Origin: Pseudomonadota bacterium
GTDB lineage: Bacteria > Myxococcota_A > UBA9160 > SZUA-336
Assembly (NCBI GenBank): GCA_003247575.1
Contig: QJZC01000058.1
Location: 101,021 to 165,020 of the forward strand
Length of the DNA: 64,000 bases
Direction of reading: 5' to 3'
The notes below the pieces were generated by a model, which had not been told where the DNA came from, did no database searches, and saw only the letters and a list, made by a program, of their open reading frames with translations. Made by a program: the position numbers and the translations under genes. How positions within the stretch are numbered: the first letter of the stretch is position 1; the number at the start of each line of letters is the position of its first letter. Of this stretch, positions 55,203-64,000 are shown in pieces.

Positions 55203-55242
55203 TCCAAACGAAAGCGGGCCGCCCGACTGTGGGCGGCCCGCT
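55203..55242 (-). terminator. Rho-independent terminator of groEL
   Basis: On the minus strand: agcgggccgccc-acagtc-gggcggcccgct, followed by TTTCGTTTGG. A 12-bp perfect stem about 45 nt after the groEL stop. Confidence 0.8.
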
Positions 55243-55286
55243 GAGCATCGCGCTATCGAAGCGCTTCGACTCGCTTGGACGAGAGT

Positions 55287-56915
<1,629 letters not shown>

Positions 56916-56923
56916 ATTCTCGA

Positions 56924-57217
56924 CTACTCCAAGATCGCGAGGACGTCGTCCTCGGAAATGATCAGGTGCTCCTCACCCTCCAAGGTGACCTCGGTCCCCG
57001 AGTACTTCGAGAACAACACGCGGTCGCCCTTCTTGACCTCGGGGGCGATCCGCTCGCCGGAATCATCGCGCTTGCCCGGACCCGCCGCGACGACGTTGCC
57101 TTGTTGGGGTTTCTCTTTCGCGCTGTCGGGAATGATGATCCCGCCGGCGGTCTTCTCGTCCTCGTCAACCCGCCTGACGATCAAGCGGTTGTTGAGCGGA
57201 CGGATCTTCGCTGCCAT
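56924..57217 (-). CDS. groES: Co-chaperonin GroES
   Basis: [48 protein letters not shown].... 97 aa, 8 nt upstream of groEL. Confidence 0.97.
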   Translation of the reverse strand: MAAKIRPLNNRLIVRRVDEDEKTAGGIIIPDSAKEKPQQGNVVAAGPGKRDDSGERIAPEVKKGDRVLFSKYSGTEVTLEGEEHLIISEDDVLAILE

Positions 57218-57269
57218 CTGGACGTCCCTCCTTGGCTCTCGAGAATCGGTCGCGAGAGTTGGGTCTCAA

Positions 57270-57300
57270 AAATGGGGTCTGTGGGTTCGACAGGTTCGAT
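57270..57300 (-). promoter_or_regulatory. Possible sigma-32-type heat-shock promoter of groES-groEL
   Basis: Minus strand reads ATCGAAC-N16-CCCCATTT (CCCCATTT corresponds to 57277-57270). A TTGACA-N16-TAGTTT sigma-70-like pair also lies further upstream (about 57325-57353). No CIRCE inverted repeat is present. Confidence 0.25.
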
Positions 57301-57403
57301 CACAGGGCCGCATCGAATCGTCGCCGCAAACTAAGGCGCAGCATCCCCCTGTCAAGAGCCCCGAGCGGAGCGTTTGGCGGGTGCGGGGAGGAAGCCCCCG
57401 TGC

Positions 57404-59050
57404 TCATCCCGCCAGCAGCGCGCGGCCGATCACCTTCAGCTGCAGGATCGGCTCGACCCCCTCGAATATCGGGAGCACCTGGGCATCGACGACGTAGCGG
57501 CTGATCGGATACTCCTCGGCGTATCCCCAGCCTCCGTGCAGCAGCTGCCCGTCCTGAGTCACGGCGACCGCGACCCGGCACGCGATCAGCTTCGCCTGCG
57601 AAGCGTACGGCGACGCAGCGCGCTCGTTCTCGTCCATGGCGGCCGCAGCCGAATAGGTGATGGCGCGCGCGGCGGCCAGCTGACATGCCATCCAGCCGAG
57701 CTTGTACTGCGTCAGCTGGAAGTCAATGATCGGCTTGCCGAACTGGATCCGGTCCACGACGTACTCGGCGGTCTTCTCCAGGGCGGCCTGGGCCACGCCA
57801 CAGGCTCGCCCCGCCGTCTGCAGGCGTCCGGCCGCGAAGCCCGCCATCTGCAGGTAGAAGCCGCGACCCAGCCCTGCCTCGCCTCCGATCAGGTTCTCGG
57901 CGGGCACGAAGTAGTCCTCGAAGTTGAGCGTGTAGGAGTGCATGCCGCGGTAGCCGGGCGTGGCGTCCGCCTTGCCCACCAGGCGCCCCCCTCCGGGCTG
58001 GATGCACTCGAACTCGTGGTCGCGGGTCCGCTGCTTGGGTGCGATGAACATCGACAGGCCCTTGGGACCGAGCGAGAGATCTGGATCGGTGCGACACAGC
58101 ACCAGCAGGATGTCGGCGCGACCCGCGAAGGTGCACCAGGCCTTGGCGCCGTTGATCAGGTAGCCGGACACCCCGTCCACGACGGCGGGATCCGCCTTGC
58201 AGCGAAAGCCCGCGACGTCGCTGCCGAAGTCGGGCTCGGTCGCGGCGACCCCGACCATCAGCTCTCCCGAGGCGATCTTGGGCAGCCAGGCGCGCTTCTG
58301 CTCCTCGGTCCCCCCAGAGAGCAGCGCCTTGGCAAGGATCTCCGGACGCGTGACCAGCGAGCCCGCGCTCGCCAGCGAAGCACGCGAGAGCTCCTCGGTG
58401 GTGATCACCATCGCCACGTTGCCCATCTCGCTGCCGCCATACTCCTCTGGGATCGACAGGCCGAAGTAGGAGAGCTCTCCCATCTTCTCGAGGAACTCCT
58501 CCGGCACCGTCTCGTCGTGGCGGTGGATGCGCTCGGCGTGGGGAGCGATCTCGGCATCGGCGAACTCGCGTACCGAGTCGCGCGTCAGCTCGAGCACCTC
58601 CTCGAGCGGCGCGTTGTTGCGTCCGCGCGCCTCCGCCTCCTCGCGGCCGATCGCCCGCACGCGCTCGTCCGATAGGGCCTCACGCGCGAAGGCCTCGTCG
58701 GCAGGATCCAGCGAGACCGCCTCGAGACCGTGCTCAGGGCCATTGTCGCGCACCAGCCGGCCGCACTCAGACACCACGAAGCCCGCGAACACCGCCGCCT
58801 TCTCGGCGAAGCTGCCCCCTGCTTCGGCAGCGTAGGTCGCGAGATCCTGCGCGGCTCGGTGCTGCGTCGCGAGGTTCGAGAGGCGCACCACAGCCACCTG
58901 CTGCTCGTCGATGTCGCGCCCGCGCGCATGGGCGATGGCCGTCTCGATCACGCGCGCCACGCGCGCCAGGGTCTCTTGGGTGTCTTTGAGGGGGATGGGG
59001 CGCATCACGATATGGGCTCCTGTGTATTCGGTTCGTTGTCCATTCGTCAC
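57404..59050 (-). CDS. Acyl-CoA dehydrogenase family protein (long form with an N-terminal extension of about 160 aa)
   Basis: The ACAD core has ...YFGLSIPEEYGGSEMGN..., ...TEPDFGSDVAG..., ...AKAWCTFAGRADIL... and a C-terminal ...QLLHGGWGYAEEYPISRYVVDAQVLPIFEGV.... Confidence 0.85.
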   Translation of the reverse strand: MTNGQRTEYTGAHIVMRPIPLKDTQETLARVARVIETAIAHARGRDIDEQQVAVVRLSNLATQHRAAQDLATYAAEAGGSFAEKAAVFAGFVVSECGRLVRDNGPEHGLEAVSLDPADEAFAREALSDERVRAIGREEAEARGRNNAPLEEVLELTRDSVREFADAEIAPHAERIHRHDETVPEEFLEKMGELSYFGLSIPEEYGGSEMGNVAMVITTEELSRASLASAGSLVTRPEILAKALLSGGTEEQKRAWLPKIASGELMVGVAATEPDFGSDVAGFRCKADPAVVDGVSGYLINGAKAWCTFAGRADILLVLCRTDPDLSLGPKGLSMFIAPKQRTRDHEFECIQPGGGRLVGKADATPGYRGMHSYTLNFEDYFVPAENLIGGEAGLGRGFYLQMAGFAAGRLQTAGRACGVAQAALEKTAEYVVDRIQFGKPIIDFQLTQYKLGWMACQLAAARAITYSAAAAMDENERAASPYASQAKLIACRVAVAVTQDGQLLHGGWGYAEEYPISRYVVDAQVLPIFEGVEPILQLKVIGRALLAG

Positions 59051-59276
59051 TTCGCCGGGCGAATCGCATCACCGGCGAGCGTCCGCTCGATCCTCTGGAA
59101 GCGGTGTCTGACGGCGCTGCCGCAGGCCGCGTCCGGAACGAGATCGGAGTCCGCAGCCCTCTGGCAGAACCGCTGCCGATGGGCGGCAACGAGGCACGCG
59201 GAGGCCCCGCGCGCGCTTCGAGGAGCGAACCGGCGGGGATCATACCTCGTCCGGACGGGTCCAGCTGCCCCGCAGG

Positions 59277-59300
59277 CTTTTCCGAGGCCGGAAAAGTTTT
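59277..59300 (+). terminator. Orphan intrinsic-terminator-like hairpin in the divergent intergenic region
   Basis: cttttccg (59277-84), aggc loop, cggaaaag (59289-96), then TTTT (59297-59300). Perfect 8-bp stem plus U-tract on the plus strand. No plus-strand CDS ends upstream of it. Confidence 0.5.
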
Positions 59301-59364
59301 CTGGACAGATCGGCTGAATCGCGTCCGAAACGAGTGAACAAGGTCGCTGGCGGCCGCGGGGGGC

Positions 59365-59380
59365 GGGCACGTGCCTTGCT
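59365..59380 (+). promoter_or_regulatory. Sigma-54 (-24/-12) promoter of the minor-pilin operon
   Basis: GGGCACGtgccTTGCT compared with consensus TGGCACG-N4-TTGCW. GG at 59366-67 and GC at 59378-79 have the canonical spacing. It lies about 30 nt upstream of the ATG at 59410. Confidence 0.6.
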
Positions 59381-59409
59381 CTCCGAGATCGGGAGCCGGG
59401 GAGAGAGCC

Positions 59410-60159
59410 ATGCAGTCGAAGTCTACGCAAGCTGGGTTCACCTTGATCGAGACCCTCCTGGTCCTGGCCATGGTCGGGATCCTGGTCGCCATCGCCGTGC
59501 CCAACTTCAGTCGCTACCAGACCCGGGAACAAGCCAAGACGGAAGTGACCCGGGTGGCTGGATTCCTGCGCGAAGCGCGCGCGCGTGCGATCAAGGAAGG
59601 CATCGGGCACATCGTCGTCTTCATTCCTGACGATGCGTCGTACAGCAGCCCTCCAGGCAATACGGACGTCCCACAGAACATCGTGGCCAGGATGATTCGC
59701 GACACCGACGGCGACTGGCGCGAGACCACCGGAGAGCTCGCGATCAACCTGACGAGCGATATCGTCTTCAATGAGCCGGCGCCGATCGCGAATGGAAACG
59801 GCACCGGCGTCACTCGATACGGCCGAGGCGTGGCCACACCGATGAGTACCAGCTCGTTGGTGCGCACGGACGACAAGTTCACCAACGGGGGAGCCACGCT
59901 CACGAGTGTCACGTTCGCGCAGAACGCGGGCGCCAGCTTCTACCGGGATCCCACGATCACGGGCCTACCCGGCTCTCAGTTCCCGGCCGTCGCCTTCACT
60001 CCGCGCGGAGTCGCCGTGCGAACGACGGCGACCGCTTCGATCGGCTCCGGGGCTGGGTCGTTCTACATCACCGACAACCAGAACGCCGTGTATGCGGCGA
60101 GCGTGAGCCCTCTCGGAGAGGTGCGCGTGACTGCGCTGAGCATGAACCAGTGGAGGTAG
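59410..60159 (+). CDS. Type IV minor pilin, FimT/FimU (GspH-domain) type
   Basis: Track ORF 59371-60159. ATG at 59410 gives MQSKSTQAGFTLIETLLVLAMVGILVAIAVPNF (prepilin cleavage/methylation motif G/FTLIE). The downstream ...EVTRVAGFLREARARAIKEG... is GspH/FimT-like. Confidence 0.8.
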   Translation: MQSKSTQAGFTLIETLLVLAMVGILVAIAVPNFSRYQTREQAKTEVTRVAGFLREARARAIKEGIGHIVVFIPDDASYSSPPGNTDVPQNIVARMIRDTDGDWRETTGELAINLTSDIVFNEPAPIANGNGTGVTRYGRGVATPMSTSSLVRTDDKFTNGGATLTSVTFAQNAGASFYRDPTITGLPGSQFPAVAFTPRGVAVRTTATASIGSGAGSFYITDNQNAVYAASVSPLGEVRVTALSMNQWR

Positions 60160-60161
60160 CC

Positions 60162-60620
60162 GTGGAGAAACACGAACTCGAACCGATCCAGGAAGCCGGG
60201 ACGAGCGAGAGCGGCTTCACCCTGCTCGAAGTCGTCATGGCGATGATGCTGCTGCTCGTCGGGATGACGGGCGTGGCTCTGGCCCAGATTCAGGCACTCC
60301 GTTCCGGAGCCAACTCGGGCAACCGCTCCAAGGCCCTCTACCTGGCAGAGGCCCAGCTCGAGACCTTCCAGGCGATGGCGACGAACAATCCCGCGGTGAC
60401 CACACCGGGAACGGGCAAGGACCCCGATCCGCTCAGCCTCGACCCGAGCGGAACCGACCTGACCCAGTACTACCGCTGCTGGGCGATCGTTCCCAACGAT
60501 CCAACGGTGAGCGGTCTAACGCGGATAACGGTCGAGGTACGCGTCGGAACCGATACCTGCGACGCGACCGCACCCAGCTTTCCGGTCACCAATACAGTTC
60601 GCATCACGGGTGTGAAATGA
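60162..60620 (+). CDS. pilV: Type IV minor pilin PilV-like
   Basis: SGFTLLEVVMAMMLLLVGMTGVALAQIQALRS (prepilin motif plus PilV-type helix). GTG at 60162 is preceded by GGAGG with a 5-nt spacer; the track start at 60150 is also possible. Confidence 0.75.
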   Translation: MEKHELEPIQEAGTSESGFTLLEVVMAMMLLLVGMTGVALAQIQALRSGANSGNRSKALYLAEAQLETFQAMATNNPAVTTPGTGKDPDPLSLDPSGTDLTQYYRCWAIVPNDPTVSGLTRITVEVRVGTDTCDATAPSFPVTNTVRITGVK

Positions 60621-61675
60621 GCACCGTGCGCTCGAAACGATGCGCTGAAGCGGGATTCTCTCTGCTCGAGCTGATGATCGCACTGGTGATCCTCGGCGTG
60701 ATCACGTCGCAGATGTTCGTCATGCTCTCGGCACAGCAGCGCGGCTTCCGTACCGAGTCACGCACGCTCGACCTGCAGGAGACCACTCGCCTGATCATCG
60801 ATCTGATCGCGGTGGACACCCGCAATGCGGGCATGCTCGTCCCGCGTCAGGCGGCCATCGCCAGTGCGGACGGTGGAACCGGGGCCCCGGATCGGCTCTG
60901 CCTGAGCGACGGCAGCTTCTTCCCGATCCCGGACCCGGGCGTCTCGGATCCATTCTGGGACAACCGGGGCGACCGCTTCCCCGGCAGCCAGGTCATTGGA
61001 GCCGGCTCCTCAGCTACCCAGCTCGTCGTGGATACACTCGACATCGATGAGGGGCAAATCCCTGCGAACGACTTCGACCGGAACCCAGGCGAGCCCCCGA
61101 TCGGCGTGATCGTCGCGCGCACGGATGGCCTAGGGGCTCACTGCGCGCGCATCGTGAGCGTCAACGCTGGGAGCAAGACCATCACGATCGACGACGGCGT
61201 GCCCTTCTTTTCGGCGGCCCTCTCGATGATCGTGGTGCCCGCGATCATCTACCAGATCGAGCCCAGCGGCGATCCATTCGCCCCTACGAAGCTCACCCGA
61301 AATGGCATCACGATCTCCCAGGACGTGGAAGACCTACAGGTAGAGTACTGGGTCGACAGCTTCGGACTGGCACCCGACGGGATCCAGCACGACAAGGAGT
61401 TTCCGCTCGACGAGCTCAGCCTGAACGGGGGCCGCGGCGGGACGAGCACTCCATGGATCAACACGGCGCGCATCCGCCGCGTGCAGATCTCGATCGTCGG
61501 CATCTCACGGCTGGCGGAAGAGGCCGTGACCGGAGCGGCAGCAAACCGGAACTCCTACCCGGGAGTCGCAAACCGGACTCCAGGAGCCAAGGACGCATTC
61601 GCGCGCAAGCTCTTCACCACCAGCATTCTGCCCCGGAACCTGCTGAATCCGGACGAGGTCCCCAACGTTCCCTAG
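60617..61675 (+). CDS. pilW: Type IV minor pilin PilW-like
   Basis: AGFSLLELMIALVILGVITSQMFVMLSAQQRGF. 352 aa. The start overlaps the pilV stop (ATGA at 60617-60620). Confidence 0.75.
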   Translation: MSTVRSKRCAEAGFSLLELMIALVILGVITSQMFVMLSAQQRGFRTESRTLDLQETTRLIIDLIAVDTRNAGMLVPRQAAIASADGGTGAPDRLCLSDGSFFPIPDPGVSDPFWDNRGDRFPGSQVIGAGSSATQLVVDTLDIDEGQIPANDFDRNPGEPPIGVIVARTDGLGAHCARIVSVNAGSKTITIDDGVPFFSAALSMIVVPAIIYQIEPSGDPFAPTKLTRNGITISQDVEDLQVEYWVDSFGLAPDGIQHDKEFPLDELSLNGGRGGTSTPWINTARIRRVQISIVGISRLAEEAVTGAAANRNSYPGVANRTPGAKDAFARKLFTTSILPRNLLNPDEVPNVP

Positions 61676-61709
61676 GCTCGAACTGCCCCGGGAATCTCTA
61701 GGAGAAAGC

Positions 61710-62249
61710 ATGACTCCAGTCGAAACCGAGCTTCTGAACGAGCTTCTGAACGACGCATCCCCTTCCCACTGCTCGAACGACCCGAACGCGAGCGAGTCGG
61801 GAATCGCACTGCTGCTGGCCATTCTCATGCTGCTCATGGTGAGCGCCATCGGGATCTCTGCCCTCAATCGGGCAGAGGACGAGTCGTTCGTCTCCGGTGC
61901 GTCCCGCCGCCAGGTCACCAACGTCGCTGCGGCCGAGGCCGCTCTCAAGCTCGTAGGCGCGCAGCTGCAGACCGCGCAAGCCGGATCGGCTCCTCCCAGC
62001 ACGCCCATCAGCGTCAGCGCGTTTACCACCGAGATCAGCGGCATGCCGATCGCGCTGCGATCCGGCGTCATCGGCGATCCCACGGCGCACCAGATCACCC
62101 CGATCGGAACCGCATCAGTCAGCGGAGGGGACCTGCGCGTCGGCTACGGCGCTGCGCCGCGCTTGATCTATCGAATCAACGTGGTCGCATCCGACCCGAC
62201 CGGCGGCAGCGTCCAGCTACAGGCCCAGTACGCCGTACGTCAGAACTGA
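61710..62249 (+). CDS. pilX: PilX-like pilus assembly protein (PilX N-terminal domain)
   Basis: ESGIALLLAILMLLMVSAIGISALNRAEDE matches the PilX_N pattern. GGAG lies upstream of the ATG at 61710. Confidence 0.65.
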   Translation: MTPVETELLNELLNDASPSHCSNDPNASESGIALLLAILMLLMVSAIGISALNRAEDESFVSGASRRQVTNVAAAEAALKLVGAQLQTAQAGSAPPSTPISVSAFTTEISGMPIALRSGVIGDPTAHQITPIGTASVSGGDLRVGYGAAPRLIYRINVVASDPTGGSVQLQAQYAVRQN

Positions 62250-62323
62250 CGGCCGGGTAAAAGTCGATCAACAGAGCGCAGTGTCGCTGGAGTGGTGCGA
62301 CGACTCTGACGTCGGCCTTGGGC

Positions 62324-62794
62324 CTAGACCCCGTTCGACTCGCGCGACTCCGCCGGCTTGTCGGGATCCGGGACCTGTTCCTGCGCCCACGTCATGAAGT
62401 CGCGGAACTCGCGACCCGGCTCCTGGATCGCCACGCCGAATCCCTCGATACCGGACTCGGCGGCCGTGGAGCCGGGTAATCGCGTGGTCCAGCGCACATC
62501 CCCCCGTGCATCGACCAGGGGCCCGAGCGGAGACTTGAACTGGATTGCGACGACCGATCCCAGGCGCGGCAACTCACTCGCTTGTACGAAGAGCCCCGCA
62601 CGCGACACGTTGAGCAACTGCCCCACGGCTTCCGAGCACTCCGAGACATATCGGACACGGATGTCGTTGAGCTCCAGCCGGCTGCGGACTCGTGCAGATC
62701 GGTTCACGCACGATACAATCGGTGCGCCCGTCCGCAGGCTTGAGGCAGGCGAAGGAGTAGCCCGATGCGCATCGCAGAGCTGTTCGACCAGCAA
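62324..62794 (-). CDS. PilZ domain-containing protein (putative c-di-GMP binding)
   Basis: RSARVRSRLEL (RxxxR) followed by LNVSRAGLFV (D/NxSxxG). The TTG start at 62794 would overlap metF by 30 nt, so the true start is probably internal. Confidence 0.65.
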   Translation of the reverse strand: MLVEQLCDAHRATPSPASSLRTGAPIVSCVNRSARVRSRLELNDIRVRYVSECSEAVGQLLNVSRAGLFVQASELPRLGSVVAIQFKSPLGPLVDARGDVRWTTRLPGSTAAESGIEGFGVAIQEPGREFRDFMTWAQEQVPDPDKPAESRESNGV

Positions 62795-63622
62795 CAGCCC
62801 GTCATCTCGTTCGAATTTTTTCCGCCACGTACAGAGGCCGGCTACGCCTCGCTGTTCCGCACGATCGCAGAGCTACGAGAGCTGAGTCCAGCCTACGTAT
62901 CCGTCACGTGGGGTGCCGGTGGCTCCACGCGCCGCAAGACGGTGGAGCTCGTCGAGCGCATTCAACGCGAGATCGGCCTGACTGCGATGGCACACCTGAC
63001 TTGCGTCGGCTCGTCGCAGCAGGAGCTCGCCGGGACGCTCGACGCGCTCGAGCGTGCGGGCATCGAGAACGTGCTCGCACTCGGAGGAGATCGGCCAACC
63101 GACTACACGCCCCCGCCCGACGCACTCGAGCACGCAAACGAGCTCGCAGCCTTCATCCAGAAGCATTGGAGCTTCTGCTTGGGAGGGGCCTGCTATCCCG
63201 AGACTCATCCGCGCGCCACGTCACGGGGCGCAGACCTCGACCATCTCGCCGCCAAGGTCGATGCGGGCATCTCCTTTCTCATCACACAGCTGTTCTTCGA
63301 CAACCAGGACTACTACCGCTTCGTCGAAGAGGTGCGCCAACGTGGCATCCGCGTGCCCATCGTTCCCGGGATCATGCCGGTGGTGAGCAAGGCGAGCATT
63401 CGGCGCATGGCGCAGCTCTCTGGCGCGCACATCCCCGCCGAGCTCGAGCAGCAACTCGACCTCGCGCAGAGCGACGAGGCCGTAGAAGAGCTCGGAATCC
63501 GCTGGGCAACGGCTCAGTGTCAGGATCTGCTTCGAAACGAAGCCCCGGGACTCCACTTCTACACACTGAACCGATCCCCCGCGACGCGGCAGATCTGGAC
63601 ACAAGTGGCCGCCGGCGACTGA
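62765..63622 (+). CDS. metF: 5,10-methylenetetrahydrofolate reductase
   Basis: MRIAELFDQQQPVISFEFFPPRTEAG...VSVTWGAGGSTR...AMAHLTC...ITQLFFD: canonical MetF. Confidence 0.92.
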   Translation: MRIAELFDQQQPVISFEFFPPRTEAGYASLFRTIAELRELSPAYVSVTWGAGGSTRRKTVELVERIQREIGLTAMAHLTCVGSSQQELAGTLDALERAGIENVLALGGDRPTDYTPPPDALEHANELAAFIQKHWSFCLGGACYPETHPRATSRGADLDHLAAKVDAGISFLITQLFFDNQDYYRFVEEVRQRGIRVPIVPGIMPVVSKASIRRMAQLSGAHIPAELEQQLDLAQSDEAVEELGIRWATAQCQDLLRNEAPGLHFYTLNRSPATRQIWTQVAAGD

Positions 63623-63679
63623 AACCCGCCCCCGCGAGGTCGCCCCAGCACCGCAGTTCGCAGGCTCGAAGCTTGCGCG

Positions 63680-64000
63680 TCAGCGCTCGGGCGCACGCAC
63701 GGGTGGTGCCGAACGTGTCGAGATCGCCTGGAATCGCTGCTCGATCTCACCCTGATGCTGCGGGTGGGTCAGGATGTAGAAGGTTCGCTCTCGCATGCCC
63801 TCGAGCACGATCTCTCCAACGGTCTCCGGAGGCATCCCCGACTCTGCGAAGAACTTGAGCGCCATGGCCCGGCGCGCCTCGAGTCCCTCGATGTTCGGCA
63901 TGGGCGCGTCAGGCTGGAGATGCTGCGGCCGGTTGCGCGCCGACTCCACGATCCTCGTTGCCACCAGCCCCGGACACAGCACGCTCACACCGATGCGTGC
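63680..64000 (-). CDS. Short-chain dehydrogenase/reductase, C-terminal part (5' end beyond the right edge)
   Basis: The reading frame continues upstream of the track's M at 63988 (…RIGVSVLCPGLVATRI…), a typical SDR post-catalytic segment. The stop is at 63680. Confidence 0.7.
   Translation of the reverse strand, partial: ARIGVSVLCPGLVATRIVESARNRPQHLQPDAPMPNIEGLEARRAMALKFFAESGMPPETVGEIVLEGMRERTFYILTHPQHQGEIEQRFQAISTRSAPPVRAPER

Noticed and set aside
59051-59276. Known riboswitch (c-di-GMP, glycine, cobalamin-type) upstream of the orphan terminator hairpin
   Set aside because: I could not recognise any conserved core motif of these classes by eye. This remains an open question for a covariance-model scan rather than a claim.

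Overview
High-GC (judged by eye, not computed) proteobacterial chromosomal segment. The tRNA-Ser, gdhB-type GDH, DUF4124, YgiM-type SH3 and fimT-pilVWX genes fit a gammaproteobacterium-like organism, but that is a low-confidence inference. I support about 50 protein genes, one tRNA-Ser(CGA), a few hairpins, terminators and promoters, and two small tandem repeats. I found no rRNA, CRISPR array, transposase, integrase or prophage signature.

The ORF track translates alternative start codons (GTG/TTG) as M. It also contains many long shadow ORFs typical of high-GC DNA, so I re-derived several starts and read one partial gene (1-1496, minus strand) that the track lacks.

Housekeeping content: tldD/pmbA, groES-groEL, a 1595-aa NAD-glutamate dehydrogenase, metF, glutathione peroxidase and an acyl-CoA dehydrogenase.

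Most interesting content:
- **Lipid/polyketide island (12.6-30.6 kb).** A 2326-aa orphan PUFA/heterocyst-glycolipid-style PKS has the unusual order ER-ER-KS-AT-ACP-KR. It lies downstream, in the same orientation, of a membrane-fusion protein (MFP) and an ABC ATPase that have no permease. Downstream of the PKS are a lipoprotein hydrolase and a DUF4328 membrane protein. Nearby are a CHI-fold protein and a DevB-DevC-DevA exporter whose ATPase is fused to a GAF sensor.
- **MraY paralogue plus ion channel.** An MraY paralogue outside any dcw cluster is translationally coupled to a GluR0-type ligand-gated K+ channel.
- **S9 pseudoenzyme.** A lipoprotein with the S9 peptidase fold appears to have all three catalytic residues substituted. 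It sits in a cluster of hydrolase genes.
- **PadR unit.** A PadR gene has a palindromic operator over an apparently leaderless promoter and is coupled to a TonB-C-domain membrane protein.
- **Minor-pilin operon.** A fimT-pilV-pilW-pilX operon lies behind a near-consensus sigma-54 promoter, which is preceded by an orphan intrinsic-terminator hairpin.

All functional calls come from motif recognition by eye. No database search was run.
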